DNA of 64,000 nt from Vairimorpha necatrix. Taxonomy: Eukaryota. How positions within the stretch are numbered: position 1 is the first letter of the stretch; every line of letters starts with the position of its first letter. Both the position numbers and the translations under genes were made by a program. Shown one piece after another: positions 24,714-39,071 of this stretch. The DNA lies in NCBI GenBank assembly GCA_036630325.1, contig CP142730.1, forward strand, positions 1-64,000, written 5' to 3'. Below the pieces are notes generated by a model. The model was not told where the DNA came from. It ran no database searches and saw only the letters and a list, made by a program, of their open reading frames with translations.

Positions 24714-27700
24714 GTAAAGTTCTATTTTTGTATTTTTTAAGCTCATTTTTACATAAAATTTTTTATTAATTTTTCAAAATACACTTCGTCGTTTAAGGAA
24801 CAAAAAAAATTTTCAAAAAAGTAAATCTTAATAGTCATTATGGAAAAGACTTGGTTAAAATGTTTTTTTTCTAGTGACGTTATCTTAAAGATAAAGGACT
24901 GGATATTCATTTTATTTCTAATAAATATTTTCAAAATGTTCTACATATTCAATGTCTACTACAAAAAATATAATTTTAAAAAAGTTATAAAAAACTACTA
25001 TATACGGTTGTACTTTTTATTTTTTATACAATAATCATCTCTAATTTATATATAGAACATTCGTTTTCAGTTTATTAATACTCTATATGTAAATTTTTCT
25101 TATATTACACTATTTATTATAAAAATTATCAAAAAACGGTTTGTTATTTTGTTTTAAAAAAACTATTTTTTTATCGACTCTATATATATTGCTGATGCAA
25201 GTTTTATTTTCAAATTTATCATCTTAAAAATTTCTACATGGATAGTTTTATGTCTATAATGCAAGTTGTTTTTGATTTTTAAGAGTGTGTTGGATTTGCA
25301 TCATTTTAATGCTTGTATTATATTTTTATTGTAGATACGTTTCTTGTCATTTTCAAATAAAAATTGAAAAATATAAATACTTAAAATTATTATATTTTAA
25401 CATAATGTATTTTTAACTAAAAATTATCTTATTTTTGATTTTACACAGAGACATTGAATCATGCGGCTTTACTTTATATTCTAAACTTATAACAAGTTGA
25501 TTTTATTGGTTCGACATGAATTGTACGTATTAAACGTATTTCATATATAGGTTTTATAAGGTAATTTTCATATTTATTTCTTGTCAAGATTTTATCTACA
25601 ACTGATATTTTATAAAGAATACATCTTTATTAAAGTATTAATACTTAAATAACACGAAATTCTGTACGATTTGCAAAAATGTAACCTTATGTTTTGTTAT
25701 ACGATAGAAGATTAGGTTCGGATTTACGGAACAAACAAATAACAATGACAGTATTACTATTTTAATAATTATATATTTGTTCCTTGTTCTTTATACCAGG
25801 AATGTAAGCTACTGATGCATCTAAAATAAATATTGAACTGTTTGTCAAAGAAAGTGTTTGTTTAATTTTGTAAATATTAATTTCTCGCATATATATATTT
25901 TCGCGCTTAATATTATAAATGACTTGAAGATAACTCAAAATTGTTTTTGTAAGAAACGACATTTCGATAATCTTTCATCTAGGGATTTGTTTTACTGCCA
26001 AATTAAAATTGTGTTCGGAATTTGGTTTTAGAAATTAGAAATAAGGAACAAACGAGTTAATTTGTTTCATGCATACATTATTTTTTGTCAAATTATTTTT
26101 AAAGTAACTTATAATGTGAATATAATGTCCTTTTACTTTTTTTATAGAACATAAATAAAATATGTGCATTTTTTATAAAAATTTAATTCACAACCAAATC
26201 AATCCCAGGAAGATGTAGTCAAAATTTATGTCTGCAATTATTAAATCCATGGTATAATATCTAATGTGAACAATAAATTTGATTTAGTGGACAGTTTTAT
26301 AACTATTTTTAGATCTGGTATCTTTTTATTTGTTTTCTTTTCTATTATATACAACGTCCTCTTATCTGTTTGAATTATGTATGATTTAGATGGTCTAATT
26401 ATTTGCAAACAGAAAGTATATCTATTAGGGGTGTAATTCAAAAATATAATACTTCAATTGTTTTTTAGATATGTTATATTTAAATGATCATTCACCCTAT
26501 CTTATGGAAAATATTTTCATCTCTGAAATATTTAAAAAATATAGTATTCCAAAATGAATTTTTTCCATTGTTAAGATTATATAATTTCACAATAAAATGT
26601 TAACGTAATGAAATCTAAACATATCAAATATTAAATTGCAGAATTATATTACTCTATTGTATATATGTTGTAAAAAATGGTTTTATTTTTAATTAAAATC
26701 ACAAATTAATATAATTTTGTGTCTCCTACTTTATAATTCCTTTATTTTTCAACTTTTGTTCATTTTAATATCTTATATAACTGATTATTTCTCTTCTATT
26801 ATTTATTGTAAGTCAAAATTACTATATCAGTCCCATAGAATATTGTTAATAGTATATTCACATTGACTTTCTATTCTTAGAGGATAAATGAAACGTGAAT
26901 TTTATTTTTTAATTTGTCTCTAATTTTGTTTTTGGGTTTTACTATTATCTTGCCAAAGAGAACAATGATTAGATTGTTTACAATACTTAATTTTCATCGA
27001 TTGGGTTCTTTAATATAATTTGTTTACTCTTTTTACATATAAATATTTTTTCTTTATTAATTAATCGATATTATAAACACTCAAAAACAATCATAATTTC
27101 TTATTATATATCATTAAAAATGTTAATGTTCATTATGTTTAGTCTGTACGAATAAAATATTCGAATTAATTGATTCTGGAGTGTAAATTCTCTTATACAT
27201 AGATACATATGATTGTTGCAATAAATATGAACTTATTAATATGATTTTTTTTTCTTAGTATAAATATATTAAGCACTTGCCATGTTTATTATATCTACAC
27301 GTATCTTAGTAAAAATTTATAAATTTTGTTAGCATTTTGAATTTCTAGTATCATATTATTTTTATTTTATTTTATATAAAGATTTCGAGGTTGATTTACG
27401 CCCTAAATAAAGAATTTTTTTGTTTTGTTTAATAAGTTCATTTTTTCTGCGCTTTTCGATTCTTAATGCATATCTTTCCTAGTCTTCCACTAAAAGTGTC
27501 TTGTTTATGTAAAATGCTCTTGACTAACTGGAGATATTCAAACACAAGAAACATTTGTTATATAAATCTTTATATGTCAACATTACAAATATTACCTGCT
27601 TATTTTGCCATCTAAAGTCAATCATTGTTTTTGTCTTTCAATATACTTGGAAATAATAGCTAATACCCAGAGCAGGGCAGGTCTCAGTATGCAAATGACT

Positions 27701-29323
27701 CGTCACACATAGATTATTCAATTATGTAGGATTAATGGAAATCTGTTCAAAATAAAAATTTCTTAAATCATCTAGTTCGGTTGTTTAGATAAATATTTAT
27801 ATAACAATGTATATAACAGTGTTTTTTGAATAAACGATTAAACTAATTTTTTATGTTTCTCTATTATATATACTAACTTTACTTTGTTTTCAAGCGATAG
27901 ATAGAATTAGAATTTTTCAATCGCAAAAAAATATTTAATCTACTTTTGAAGTTTGGTACTTACAATACTGTTTATTCTGAATTTTAATAATAGATTGTTT
28001 TTGTCTGGGGGATATAATTATCTCTTCTTATATATATATACATATACAAGTGCATCTCTTCTTGATAATTATATGATCATTAAAAATGTCAAGAATAATT
28101 ACTTTTAATCATTCATTATATAAGAGTTTGTTTGGAATATATTATTTTGGGGTGAGTATTTTCCTCAGTTAATTATCATGATTTTCTTTTTCATCTTATT
28201 ACATTGTATATTTACTTGTTGTGTTTGAAAAATCTAAAATTTAAATCTCTAAAATTCAAAAATATGAAATTTTAGACTAATTATTTTTCCATGATTTTCT
28301 TTTCTGTCTTATTGTATATATATATGTATATAGAATTTTCTTCATTATAAAATGAAAATTTCAAAACTCTAAAATTAGAAATTATTGCAAGTTAGACAAA
28401 TATTTTTTCATGATTTTTTACAACTTCATATTTTTTAATTTATGTGTATATGTTCTTTTCATCAATAAAGAAAGAAAATCAAAATTGTCAAAAAATCAAA
28501 ATTACGTCATTTCAGATAATTTTTTTTCATAATTTTATTCTTATTCTTGATGTTTGAATATATATACTTGTCATCCTTGGAATATTAAAAATTTGGAAGT
28601 TCAAAAAACAAAATTTTGACTTATAGCCTATATTTACTTTAAAATTTTGTATTCTTTGTAAGTAGGGAAAATCAGGAGTATTATACATGAACTTAAAAGA
28701 AATTGAGTTAACAATCCAATTGATATAGGGTATTTCTACTCACTTAACTTCTACCAAGTACTTGCGCTGCACTATCTCCGACTTAGCCATGGGATTTAAT
28801 TGAGTGATAATATTTTTATATACAAGCCTCTAATCGCGTCATTAAATCAATAAATTTATTAAAATGAAGATTTTAAAACCTCTGTATAGATTTATCGTAT
28901 TAATATAATGTCTATATAAAAATAAATCATCTAGATCCCAGATGGCTCTTTCTCTTACACAGAACACTAAAAGCAAACTTATTAAACTTCTTTGTAACTA
29001 ATGAAATAATTGAACAGATCTCCATCTTATACTATATCTTGTTTGTATAAAAACAAACTTCATAAATTTTTACATCAAGAGTGGCATAATTGGCTTTTAG
29101 ATCCCTATAGAATATACAGCTATGGTATTTTGAAACACAGAAGGACAAATTATATGTAATAGAATTTAAAGTGTGAATATATTAAGAAATTAATGATCAA
29201 TTCATTACAAGAGATACTTTTCATAATATTTGTTTAGTCTATCAATTTTGAAATATTTTACTTAGTGACGTCTGTATGCTTAACAGCATCTATTTCTACA
29301 AAGCATATATAAATTTTAATTTT

Positions 29324-29394
29324 ACGCCACCGGGAATCGAACCTTGGACCTTCGATATCCAAGATCAAGGTGCAACCATTCTGCCAAGCACACT
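29324..29394 (-). pseudogene. Degenerate tRNA-like sequence (copy B), possibly Pro(TGG)-derived
   Basis: GTGTGCTTGGCAGAATGGTTGCACCTTGATCTTGGATATCGAAGGTCCAAGGTTCGATTCCCGGTGGCG: A and B boxes, stem TTGAT/ATCGA with loop CTTGGAT; acceptor and T stems are broken. Confidence 0.6.
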
Positions 29395-30142
29395 TATTTT
29401 AATTTTGTTATCCTTTAAGAAAACCAATTATATTTTCAACCTCCTTTAATTTTTGATTTCTTTCTAAAAATAAAGAAACATTTCATATCAGTCAGATTGA
29501 AAGATCATTAAGCGATTTAACCAAATAATAGAATAATTTACAATATTAGTTTTATGCAATTCTTATATAAAATAAAATTATATAAGATTATCTTGATCCA
29601 AATATACCTTTCTAATATATATACATGTTATACTAAAAAATAATATACATTTTACACGGCAAAAACAAGTATATATCCTATATTAAATACAAAATAATTT
29701 CATATGTGATCGCAAATTTTAAGATTTACTGGCATCGTATTTCAATTTCTCTATTATATCTGGCAATTTTGTTATTCTTATTTTCCATACCCTCTAAAGT
29801 AAATTTTTTTAAATAATTTTTTCAACAAATTAAAACTGTCATTTGTAAGAATATAATTAATATGTATTTGATCTGCTACAACAATATATAACTACATTCT
29901 TTTAATAATTTCGACTACAAAATAATAAAAACATATTTATGTGATTTAACTAATATTCTTTATTGAAATTTTGTTTTTCTTATATACTGTGATGTACATT
30001 ACTACAACACATGGACAGATGTCAAAAATATGTCAACCGTTTCGGATGGCATGTCAAGTTGGGTCACACAATCAAACGAAAGTTGCATGGTCGTTACTAC
30101 ATTCGTAAGTACGCCAATGTTTGTGTTTAGTGTTGACAACAT

Positions 30143-30452
30143 ATAAAAAATTTATAGAGTTAATTTATCATTAAAGTTAGATTAGCACAGTTTCCCTCGG
30201 TATCGCTCACTAGATTTAGCTCTTCATAGACTTTGGTTGCTTAGAAATTTTTTATTTTTCCTACACCGAATTTTCAGCTTAATTCTCCTATACCGACATC
30301 GCTTGTTCAACATTCTTGATATATGCAATTGCGCTTAAAGCTCTAGTTACTTCTTCCTCTCCTGCATAATCTTTATCGTATCTTGTTGGTCGTTCCAAAG
30401 AGATGGACTCTGGAGTTTTCTTCATCACATTAGACTGAATGTATGCTTCCAG
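30143..30452 (-). mobile_element. Decayed 3' fragment of RLE LINE family A (duplicated copy)
   Basis: Aligns with 21805-22112 and 12717-13030. Confidence 0.85.
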
Positions 30453-32639
30453 AAATGTTTAGATTTCTGCAGAATGCAAATAAGATTTTAAAATATTAAT
30501 ATATATGTAAACAATAATAATATAGTTTAGAAATAATATATTCCTAAACTTTTAAAATTTTACAACTGTAACTATTATTTTGGAAAAAATATTTTAGTTT
30601 GACATTACGATTGATTTTTAGTAAAAATTTAATTAAATTTTGAATTTCTTCAAAAATGTGAAGAGAATTTAAAAAATTTAAAGGCCGTATTAAATTTCAA
30701 AAAATATTATCTGGTCATCTTTTTAATTGAGTTGTTACTCTGTAGACAAAGAAAAATTAATAATAAATTTCAAATAAAGATCATTGAATAAAGAGTAATT
30801 AACATTTTTGTTTAGTTTTTGATTGTATATTTTTAATTAATTTATAACAAAAAGTTGTTTTATTTTTGCTATTAAATCCTTTAAATTCAAAATCTACGCT
30901 CTTTTCTATATTTTGTTTATTTAAAATTTCCCTCCTAAAATATTAAATAAAATTTTTTTGTTGAGGGGCAATGATAAATCAAAGATTGGATTGGTGCATA
31001 AAAGAGATAAGAAAGTTTGGAATGACAATAAACTTTTGTGAAATTAATAATACTATAAATAGAGGATTATACAATATCTAATCCAAGACAGACAATTTTT
31101 TTCTGCTAGTGTAATAATCTTTATATTTTACGTTTATATTCTTTTTTATCAGCTAAAGATGATGATATGAATTATATACATTAGAAATTTGAGTATCGTT
31201 AGTTATACCAACTTCAATGGACAAGACCTTATAGCGCTTGCGCATCCCACGTGTCGCGAGAAGTTGAAAAGTTGGAATACAGATGAATACTCAAATTTCC
31301 GAAGTATTAAATTGTATAATAATCATTAGATGATAAATAAGATCATGAGCATAAAATAAAAAAAATACATTAACAGTGAAAAACCACGGGCTGTCACAAG
31401 AGTTATAATGCAGCTTTTTACTATAATTATAAAAGAAGCACTTCACTACATGTTCTTTACCCAAATTTAGTCATATAATCTGTTGATAAACATAAGGTTT
31501 CTCCGATCATATATTTCTAGTCCGTCGAAAATAATGATTTTAATGATCGCATTTATACCTAATTATTGCCAATCAAACATAAGTATGATTATTTTATAAT
31601 CATTGATAAGAATGTATGCGAAAACTTCTATAGATATAAGTTTACCATTATTTGAATAAATGGATCAATTATTAAAAGGGATATTAGAACTAAGATCAAA
31701 ATTATGAATATTAGATTATTTAAAAACAGTTTTACTTAGAATAAAGGTGCAATTTTAGACATTTCGACTATTTAAATAATTTTACTTACTAATATTATTT
31801 ATAGAACATCAGTCTGATGAATTGTGTGATATGTGTAAACAAGAATATTTTGATGATTATTCTAGTATTTAATTAATGATTATAAGAATTTAAAAAGATA
31901 ATTTATGAAAACTGTTTAAATGCTTAATATTTTATGTGTCTCTTCCATGTACTGATATAAATAAATGGTAAAATTCAAAACATTATCATATTTAGTGTTA
32001 TAACACTATACGATTAACAATGAATATTTTGAATTAAGAAGTATGCATAAATATCCCTAATTCTCAATTTGCTATTAATTATAAACAGATGTATAAGGAT
32101 AAAATTTTAGAAATATCGAAAACAAAATATTAAACAAAAAAGTATTTTATATATACAATAGAAATTGTTATTAATGAGGTTTCTATATAAAAGATATACA
32201 AAAAATATTAGTGCAAAATGTTGAGTCCTTTTTACTTTTTTTTTGATTACTACTGATTTGACGAGTAAATATTATACGATCAGATATAAAATATTTTCTC
32301 TAATAGAAAGATACTAACATAACAATCAGATATATATATTTCGTTTTAATTGAAGGTGGTCTAATTATCTCCTGAACAGGTTTGCCAATATTATCATATA
32401 TTGAAAGTAAGTTTTTCAAAAACTATCCTTTATTAAAAGTAATTTTGATCTCGTAAAATCATGAAGAATCTTAAGATCAAAATGTTATAACTAATTTTAT
32501 AATATCCTATATTGGGTCGCGAAATTCTATGTTATACTACCATAAGATATCGTTGGAATATAGTTATATTTCGACATAAAAATAAATGAATCTAATTAGG
32601 TGATGCTTATTGTAATTTATATTTATAGTTTAACAAGGA

Positions 32640-32752
32640 TAGGTTCCGCGTTAGCGTCTCCTGCTTGTAGGTTGCTTCTCATCTCCATAGTCCTTCCCAC
32701 ATCTCCTTCACTAGTCCAGAGAAATGGTTTGTAGCGTGATCATCTGGATGTT
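32640..32752 (-). mobile_element. Decayed 3' end of RLE LINE family B
   Basis: taggttccgcgttagcgtctcctgcttgtagg...tgatcatctggat shared with 13612 and 42270. Confidence 0.6.
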
Positions 32753-34084
32753 ATTTCGACATAACATAATTTTTATGTTTATTACAATTCTTATTCAAGC
32801 TTATTTTTTTAGAAATTCTCATTAAATTATGCAAAAAATTATATATAATTATATAATAAAATTACATGATTCTATAAGATCTTATTTATTTGAAATATGT
32901 CAATTTCTTTATTCTTATTATCATGCCCTCTTTTGAAATTTTTTTTAATACTTTTTGTAGCCAATTTGTGAGAATATGATTGATCAGTATTTAATTGGCT
33001 ACGATAATATTTACATTTATTATGAAAATTATAATTTCAATGTTAAATTCATACATACGTACTTATGAGATTTTGCTAGTTATTCTTAATAGAAATTGTG
33101 TTTATTCTCAATACATTTATATAATCGCTCCCTTTGTATTAAATGAATAAAATATAAAATCTTCATGATATTTAAAATTCGTTTTATATTTTTTTAAGTG
33201 TTGTATTTTTATACAGTATTGTTTTCCAATGGGGTATTGGTTGTTTTTTATCCACAATTATATTCTTTCTAATGTACCTCGATGTACTCCAATAATAAGA
33301 AATCATCTTTAAATTCAAAAAAATCTTTGTTATTGATTTATACACAAATTATATTCTGATTTGTTTAATTCAAAATCTATTTATTCTATGTGTTGATACC
33401 GGCAATAATTATATATTTGAATGTTTTAATTACATAAAAATACTTATATATTATTTGTTATTTAGAAAGTTCTATTATTTCAATACAATTATTTTTACTG
33501 CACTAATATTTATGTATATTTTTCTTGATTTTTAGGTTTTTTATTTTGTACTTTTATATATATATGCATATAGATACCCTTTAAAAAAGTTAAATCATGC
33601 ATATAATAAAGGTTTTAATTAGAATAAAAAAAACTTCACAATCTACTTACATATATACATATGTTATTTTTACTAGTTTTATAAGATGTCAATTTCTCCT
33701 TTTTTCGTGTACATTATCTCTCTCATGTACAAATATACATAGATACTTTCCATTTGCCAAAAAAATTAGAAATATTGCTGATACTTAAAGACTTGTATAT
33801 ATATTTAGATGTAATTGTAATTAAAATATAGGTTGTTTTGGGGAGTTTTTAAAATATTTAATCATTATAATAAAAATTTTTACCAATTAGTCTACATTTA
33901 TTAATTTTTTTTATGTTAGAATGTTAAATCGTAAAACGCCCACGATTACACTAGAAACTTTTAGAATAATCCTGTTTTAAAATTTATATAATAAAGACAT
34001 ACTTTGATTTACTTAAAGAAAAGATGAAACATATAAACTAAAAAGTACGCATATATATATACACATTCCTTTTTATCACATAAG

Positions 34085-35570
34085 ACTGTACAATTATATG
34101 AATTTTCAGCTGTTCTTAATTTTTTCATATTTTTCATGATTTGTCTTCTTATATATGTATACAAGAAGGAGATGGAAAATGGCAAATTTCGTAAATGCTT
34201 TAAAAACAAATAAAGATACCCAAGTGTCATTTATAGAACAATAATGTGTATTTATATGCATTTTTAGCTGTTCTTAATTTTTTCATATTTTGCAAAATTT
34301 GTCTTCTTATATGTATACAAGAAAGAGATGGAAAAATGCCAAATTTCATAAATGCTTTAAAAACAAAAAAAGATACTCAAAAAGTACTTGTATTACAATA
34401 ATGTGTATTAATATGCATTTTTAGCTGTTCTTAATTTTTTCATATTTTTCGAGAATTGTCTTCTTATATATATATACAAGAAAGAGATAGAAAAATGCCA
34501 AATTTCATAAATGCTTTAAAAACAAAAAAAGATACCCAAGTGTCATTTATAGAACAATAATGTGTATTTATATGCATTTTTAGCTGTTCTTAATTTTTTC
34601 ATATTTTTCAAAATTTGTCTTCTTATATATATATATACAAGAATAAGATGGAAAAATGGCAAATTTCATAAATGCATAAAAAACAAATAAAGATACGAAA
34701 GAAGTGCCTGTATAACTATAATATGAATTTATATGTAGTCTGAGATGAACTTAATTTATTTATATTTTTCAAGATCTGTCTTCTTATATGTATACAGGAA
34801 GGAGATGAAAAAATAACAAATCTTTTAAATTGCTCAAAAACAAAAAAAGACACACAACGTTCACTTATATACCAATAATATATATTTACATGTAGTCTTA
34901 GATGTACTTAATTTATTTATATTTTTCAAGATCTGTCTTCTTATATATGTATACAAGAAGGAGATGGGGAAATGGTAAATTTTATAAATGCTTTTAAACA
35001 AATAAAGACACACAAATTTATCTTATATACCAATAATATAGATTTATATGTAGTCTTAGATGTTCTTAATTTTTTCATATTTTTCGAGATTTGTCTTCTT
35101 ATATATATATACAAGAAAGAGATGGAAAAATGCCAAATTTCATAAATGCTTTAAAAACAAATAAAGATACCCAGGTGTCACTTATATATCAATAATATGA
35201 ATTTATAAGCATTTTCAGAAGTTCTTAATTTTTTCATATTTTCTAGATTTGTCTTCTTATATATATACAAGGAGAAAATGAAAAATTATCAAATTTCATA
35301 AAAGCTTTAAAAACTAATAAAGAAACACAAAAAGTACCTGTATAACTATAATATGAATTTAAATGTAGTCTGAGATGTTCTTAATTTTTTCATATTTTTC
35401 ATGATCTGTCTTCTTATATATATATATACAGGAAGGAGATGAAAAAATAACAAATCTTTTAAATGGCTCAAAAACAAAAAAAGACACACAAAGTTCACTT
35501 ATATACCAATAATATAGATTTATATGTAGTCTTAGATATTCTAAATTTTACGACATTGTTATTTCTTCTT
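34085..35570. repeat. Satellite: ~158-bp unit, 9-10 copies
   Basis: Anchor gttcttaatt (or a variant) at ~34112, 34270, 34427, 34586, 34746, 34905, 35062, 35221, 35377 and 35537. Confidence 0.93.
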
Positions 35571-36173
35571 ATATGTTTATTAAGCTATAGTTACTTATCT
35601 ATAAAAAAATTTGAAATTATTTTTCTCGGAAAAATATCATCAAGAAAACCAATAATTCTTAACTCTTTTTACATATACTATACATGTTAATTTTTTTTGT
35701 TTAGAAGTAAAGTTAATTTTCTTCTTCTTTCAAGTTCATTATCCTTCTATATATACATATACATCTTTACAATTGATTTTTTAAAAGAGGATAAGTTCTG
35801 TTTTTCTTAGTACCTCAATGATTTGAATATGTTTAACCAATATTTCATTACAATATGTTTCTGTTTGTTGTTAAAATACGTTATGTTAGGGCTTTTTTAT
35901 TATTTTAGCATTTTAGTGTATATAGTATATTATTGTTTTATAATTACAATTTAAAAGGTTGAATTTCTACATTTACACTATTAAAAATTATGGTTAATTC
36001 TTTGATACAACTTCTTCATACATCGGTCATCTAAAAACTTAAAGAGCCTAACAAACCATAATAGATGATCTATATATACAAAAATATAAATGAATAAAAT
36101 AACTTGCATTGCTTTGTTTTGCAGACTTTAATTGTTTCTTAAGTTAAGAATTGGTCTTTTTCTACATTAAAAA

Positions 36174-36198
36174 TACCTAACCTACCTACATACCTAAC
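36174..36198. repeat. Short interstitial telomere-like tract
   Basis: tacctaacctacctacatacctaac, with the same units and orientation as the terminal array. Confidence 0.6.
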
Positions 36199-38343
36199 AA
36201 AAGCTAAATTAGCCGTATCTTTTACTTAATGCATTCTCGTTTGGGTTTTAAAAAAATTCAAAATAAATTTGTGCTGAAATATACTTATATTATAAACAAT
36301 TTGTTATTTAAAGTATCGTCTAAAATTCGATCAAAACTATAATTTTTTCCATTTCTATAGGTAAGATTTGGCGTTTAATGCATAAAAATAAAAAAAATAC
36401 CTTTCATCATATGATTGTATTTATTAATAATGACATTTTATCATTCATTGCAATATAATTTTATGTTAGAAGTGTCAATCGTAGATTTTAATCTAATTCC
36501 TTTAGACAAAATATTTCAATTATAACAAAATAATGTATATTTTGAGTATATATGCAATAAACCAAGCTAAATTTTGTACTAAGTCATCTATGCATAACAG
36601 AGTTATAAAAGAATCTTAAAAATATTCCCCATTACTATCCTTTGATAATAAAACTTTAATAAGAATTAGTTCGGTAAGGCGAAGCGCAAATAAAATAGAA
36701 TCTTTTTGAAGTCCATTGTAAGATTTGTTAGGAACTCCCAGTATACGATTTAAGAGACAAGGAGATAAAACATATGTAAAATATTATCTCTATTAATACA
36801 TAAATGTAAATTGTATCGACATATCAGATTAAATTATTATATTTCATGAGTTTATTAGTCGTAAAGTAATGTATTATTATATTTTTAAATAAATGTATAG
36901 TTTTATTTTTCCGGCAAACACAATGATTTTTAGTACATAATTTTTCTACTTTCTATGACCTGTATCTATCAAATCATTTTTTTTTGATAATTCCAATTCT
37001 AAATAAATTTATATTATAATACTTAGCCAATTTTTGAGATTTTTCAAATTTTGATTCTTTGTATATGCACGCAATGAAAAAAGAAGGTAAGATGTATATA
37101 AATGTAAATTGTATTATCTCTTTAATTTTTTAGAAATTATTATGGATAACAAAAATAATTTGTAAAATGAATTTTATGGTATTAATATTGCATTTTATTT
37201 ATAATTTTGTTGGATACATTAAATTTTCTAATAAAAAGTAGATATCTTAAATATTTATCTATAGCATTCTTTTACCTATCTAAACATCTAACCAACCCTA
37301 CAAACATTACTCAATTAAGATCTTTTTTTGTTCTTGAACATCTTCTTAACGAATATTTAAAATTTTCAATAATATGTATATTACAAATACTAAAGATAAA
37401 TTAAATATATTTCTTTGTTCTCTACATTACTCTATATTTGTTCAGATATTTATTTATCTATCTTTAAATGAGTCTTGAATTAAAATATCTTTAATATAAG
37501 GTTTATGTTCACTATGCAATATTCATTAATGATTTAGTCCATTACAAATTTTCAATTAACATTAATATATAAATATCTACAATTTATTAAAGAATTGCAG
37601 CTTTTATTTTCATATTTGAACTAGTTCTTTTCTAAAATACCACTTACATGTATGGCTTAACGCTATTGTATTTGCGATTTTATATATATTAAGATACAGT
37701 ATTTTGGATCTAGTATTTTCTGAACCTGGATCAGGGTGCCGTAAAGCCGTGAATACAGATATAAAATTTATAGGATTTTTAAAAGCCTAGGATGTGTCAG
37801 TCATCAAAGTTCAAAATAATGTTTCGGTTATATAAGAGGGACTTAAATGTAGATATTAGAATTTTAATTGAACTTTAGTATAAGGTTTGTTAAATATGAT
37901 CGAATAGTCACAAAATACAATCAATTACATCTAATTAAATTTGTTAAATCTTTAAACTTACATTTCTAATATTTTTCTTGATATCATAATTAAGAAAATA
38001 AAATTCTTTTCTGAGTAACAATTTTTTTTGATTGTGTTGTTATTGAATTCATAAAAAATGAAATGTATTTTTTATTATAGATTTTCTTGTTTTATATATT
38101 ATTTATAGAATTATAATGGGTTTTTTATAATATTTCAAATTTGAATCAAATAAATATAATATAATATATAATAGGGTTTTCGTAATTTACATTTTAGTTT
38201 CTAATTTATTTTTTAAAATAAATAATATGCACAAGAAGGCGAATTTTAATAATTAAGGAAAATAATTCAGAAAAGTTGTGTGTTATTGTGATATTTATAG
38301 AAAATTATAACAACTTAAAAAAATAACATAATACAAGGCTTTT

Positions 38344-39071
38344 TGTTAAAGATAATTGTATATAAAGGGTTAATTTATAAAATATATATTCTCAACATCC
38401 CGCGCCGAATCTGCAACTAAGTATTTTATATATTTTTTCTACTTCCTAACTCACTACTTGGCTCTCATAATAGAAGTGCATTATTATGTTAACAGACCAT
38501 GGGCTGTGCTTTACTCTTTTGCATCTTTATATCTTCTCTTATTTGGGTCTTTACGGTTCTTTCTTTTCCTGTTAAAATAAATTTCATCGATGGGCATGGG
38601 ATTTTTTTACACATGTCTTCTTAACATTGAAACCGTAATTTTATCCATATAATCGACTATTTATTTACAACACAATTTTTTTGTTGTTTTTCTTTTCTTT
38701 TTAAATCTCTCTGGATTTTGAACACTGGTGGTTCAGCTATCTTGCCACAATAGCTTTTATATAAATATTGAGAATACCACTACACTCAATCTCGACAATT
38801 ATGATGCCATATCTTATTATAGTCAAAACTGTTATAACATAGCATTTCATAGCTAATATAAGTCTTCACATATGCAAGTCATCATCTTCTCTTCTGTAAA
38901 ACCAACACCATATTTTAACATATACTGCATTTTTTTTACGTCTAATGCCACGGCGGAGCTTTCAACCTTTTCTTTTGTTTATGTTTGGATTCGATCATTT
39001 TTTTTATTCTCCACCATATTAAAGATAATTGTAAGTTAGGTGTTAAATTTATTAAATATATATTCTCAACA
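38344..39071 (-). mobile_element. Decayed miniature (TRIM-like, gag-only) LTR element with 54-55-bp LTRs
   Basis: Direct repeats at 38344-38397 and 39017-39071 (t.ttaaagataattgta...aaatatatattctcaaca). PBS TGGTGGAGAAT directly after the 5' LTR. G-rich GGCGCGGGA before the 3' LTR. Internal broken frame with PMPIDE. No TSD seen. Confidence 0.72.

Larger units (their letters stand above)
24714..30506 (+). repeat. Segmental duplication, copy B (~5.79 kb)
   Basis: Colinear with 16420-22167; diverged by substitutions and small indels. Confidence 0.93.

Noticed and set aside
34085-35570. CRISPR-like array
   Set aside because: Whole units are homologous with no unique spacers, and the context is eukaryotic.
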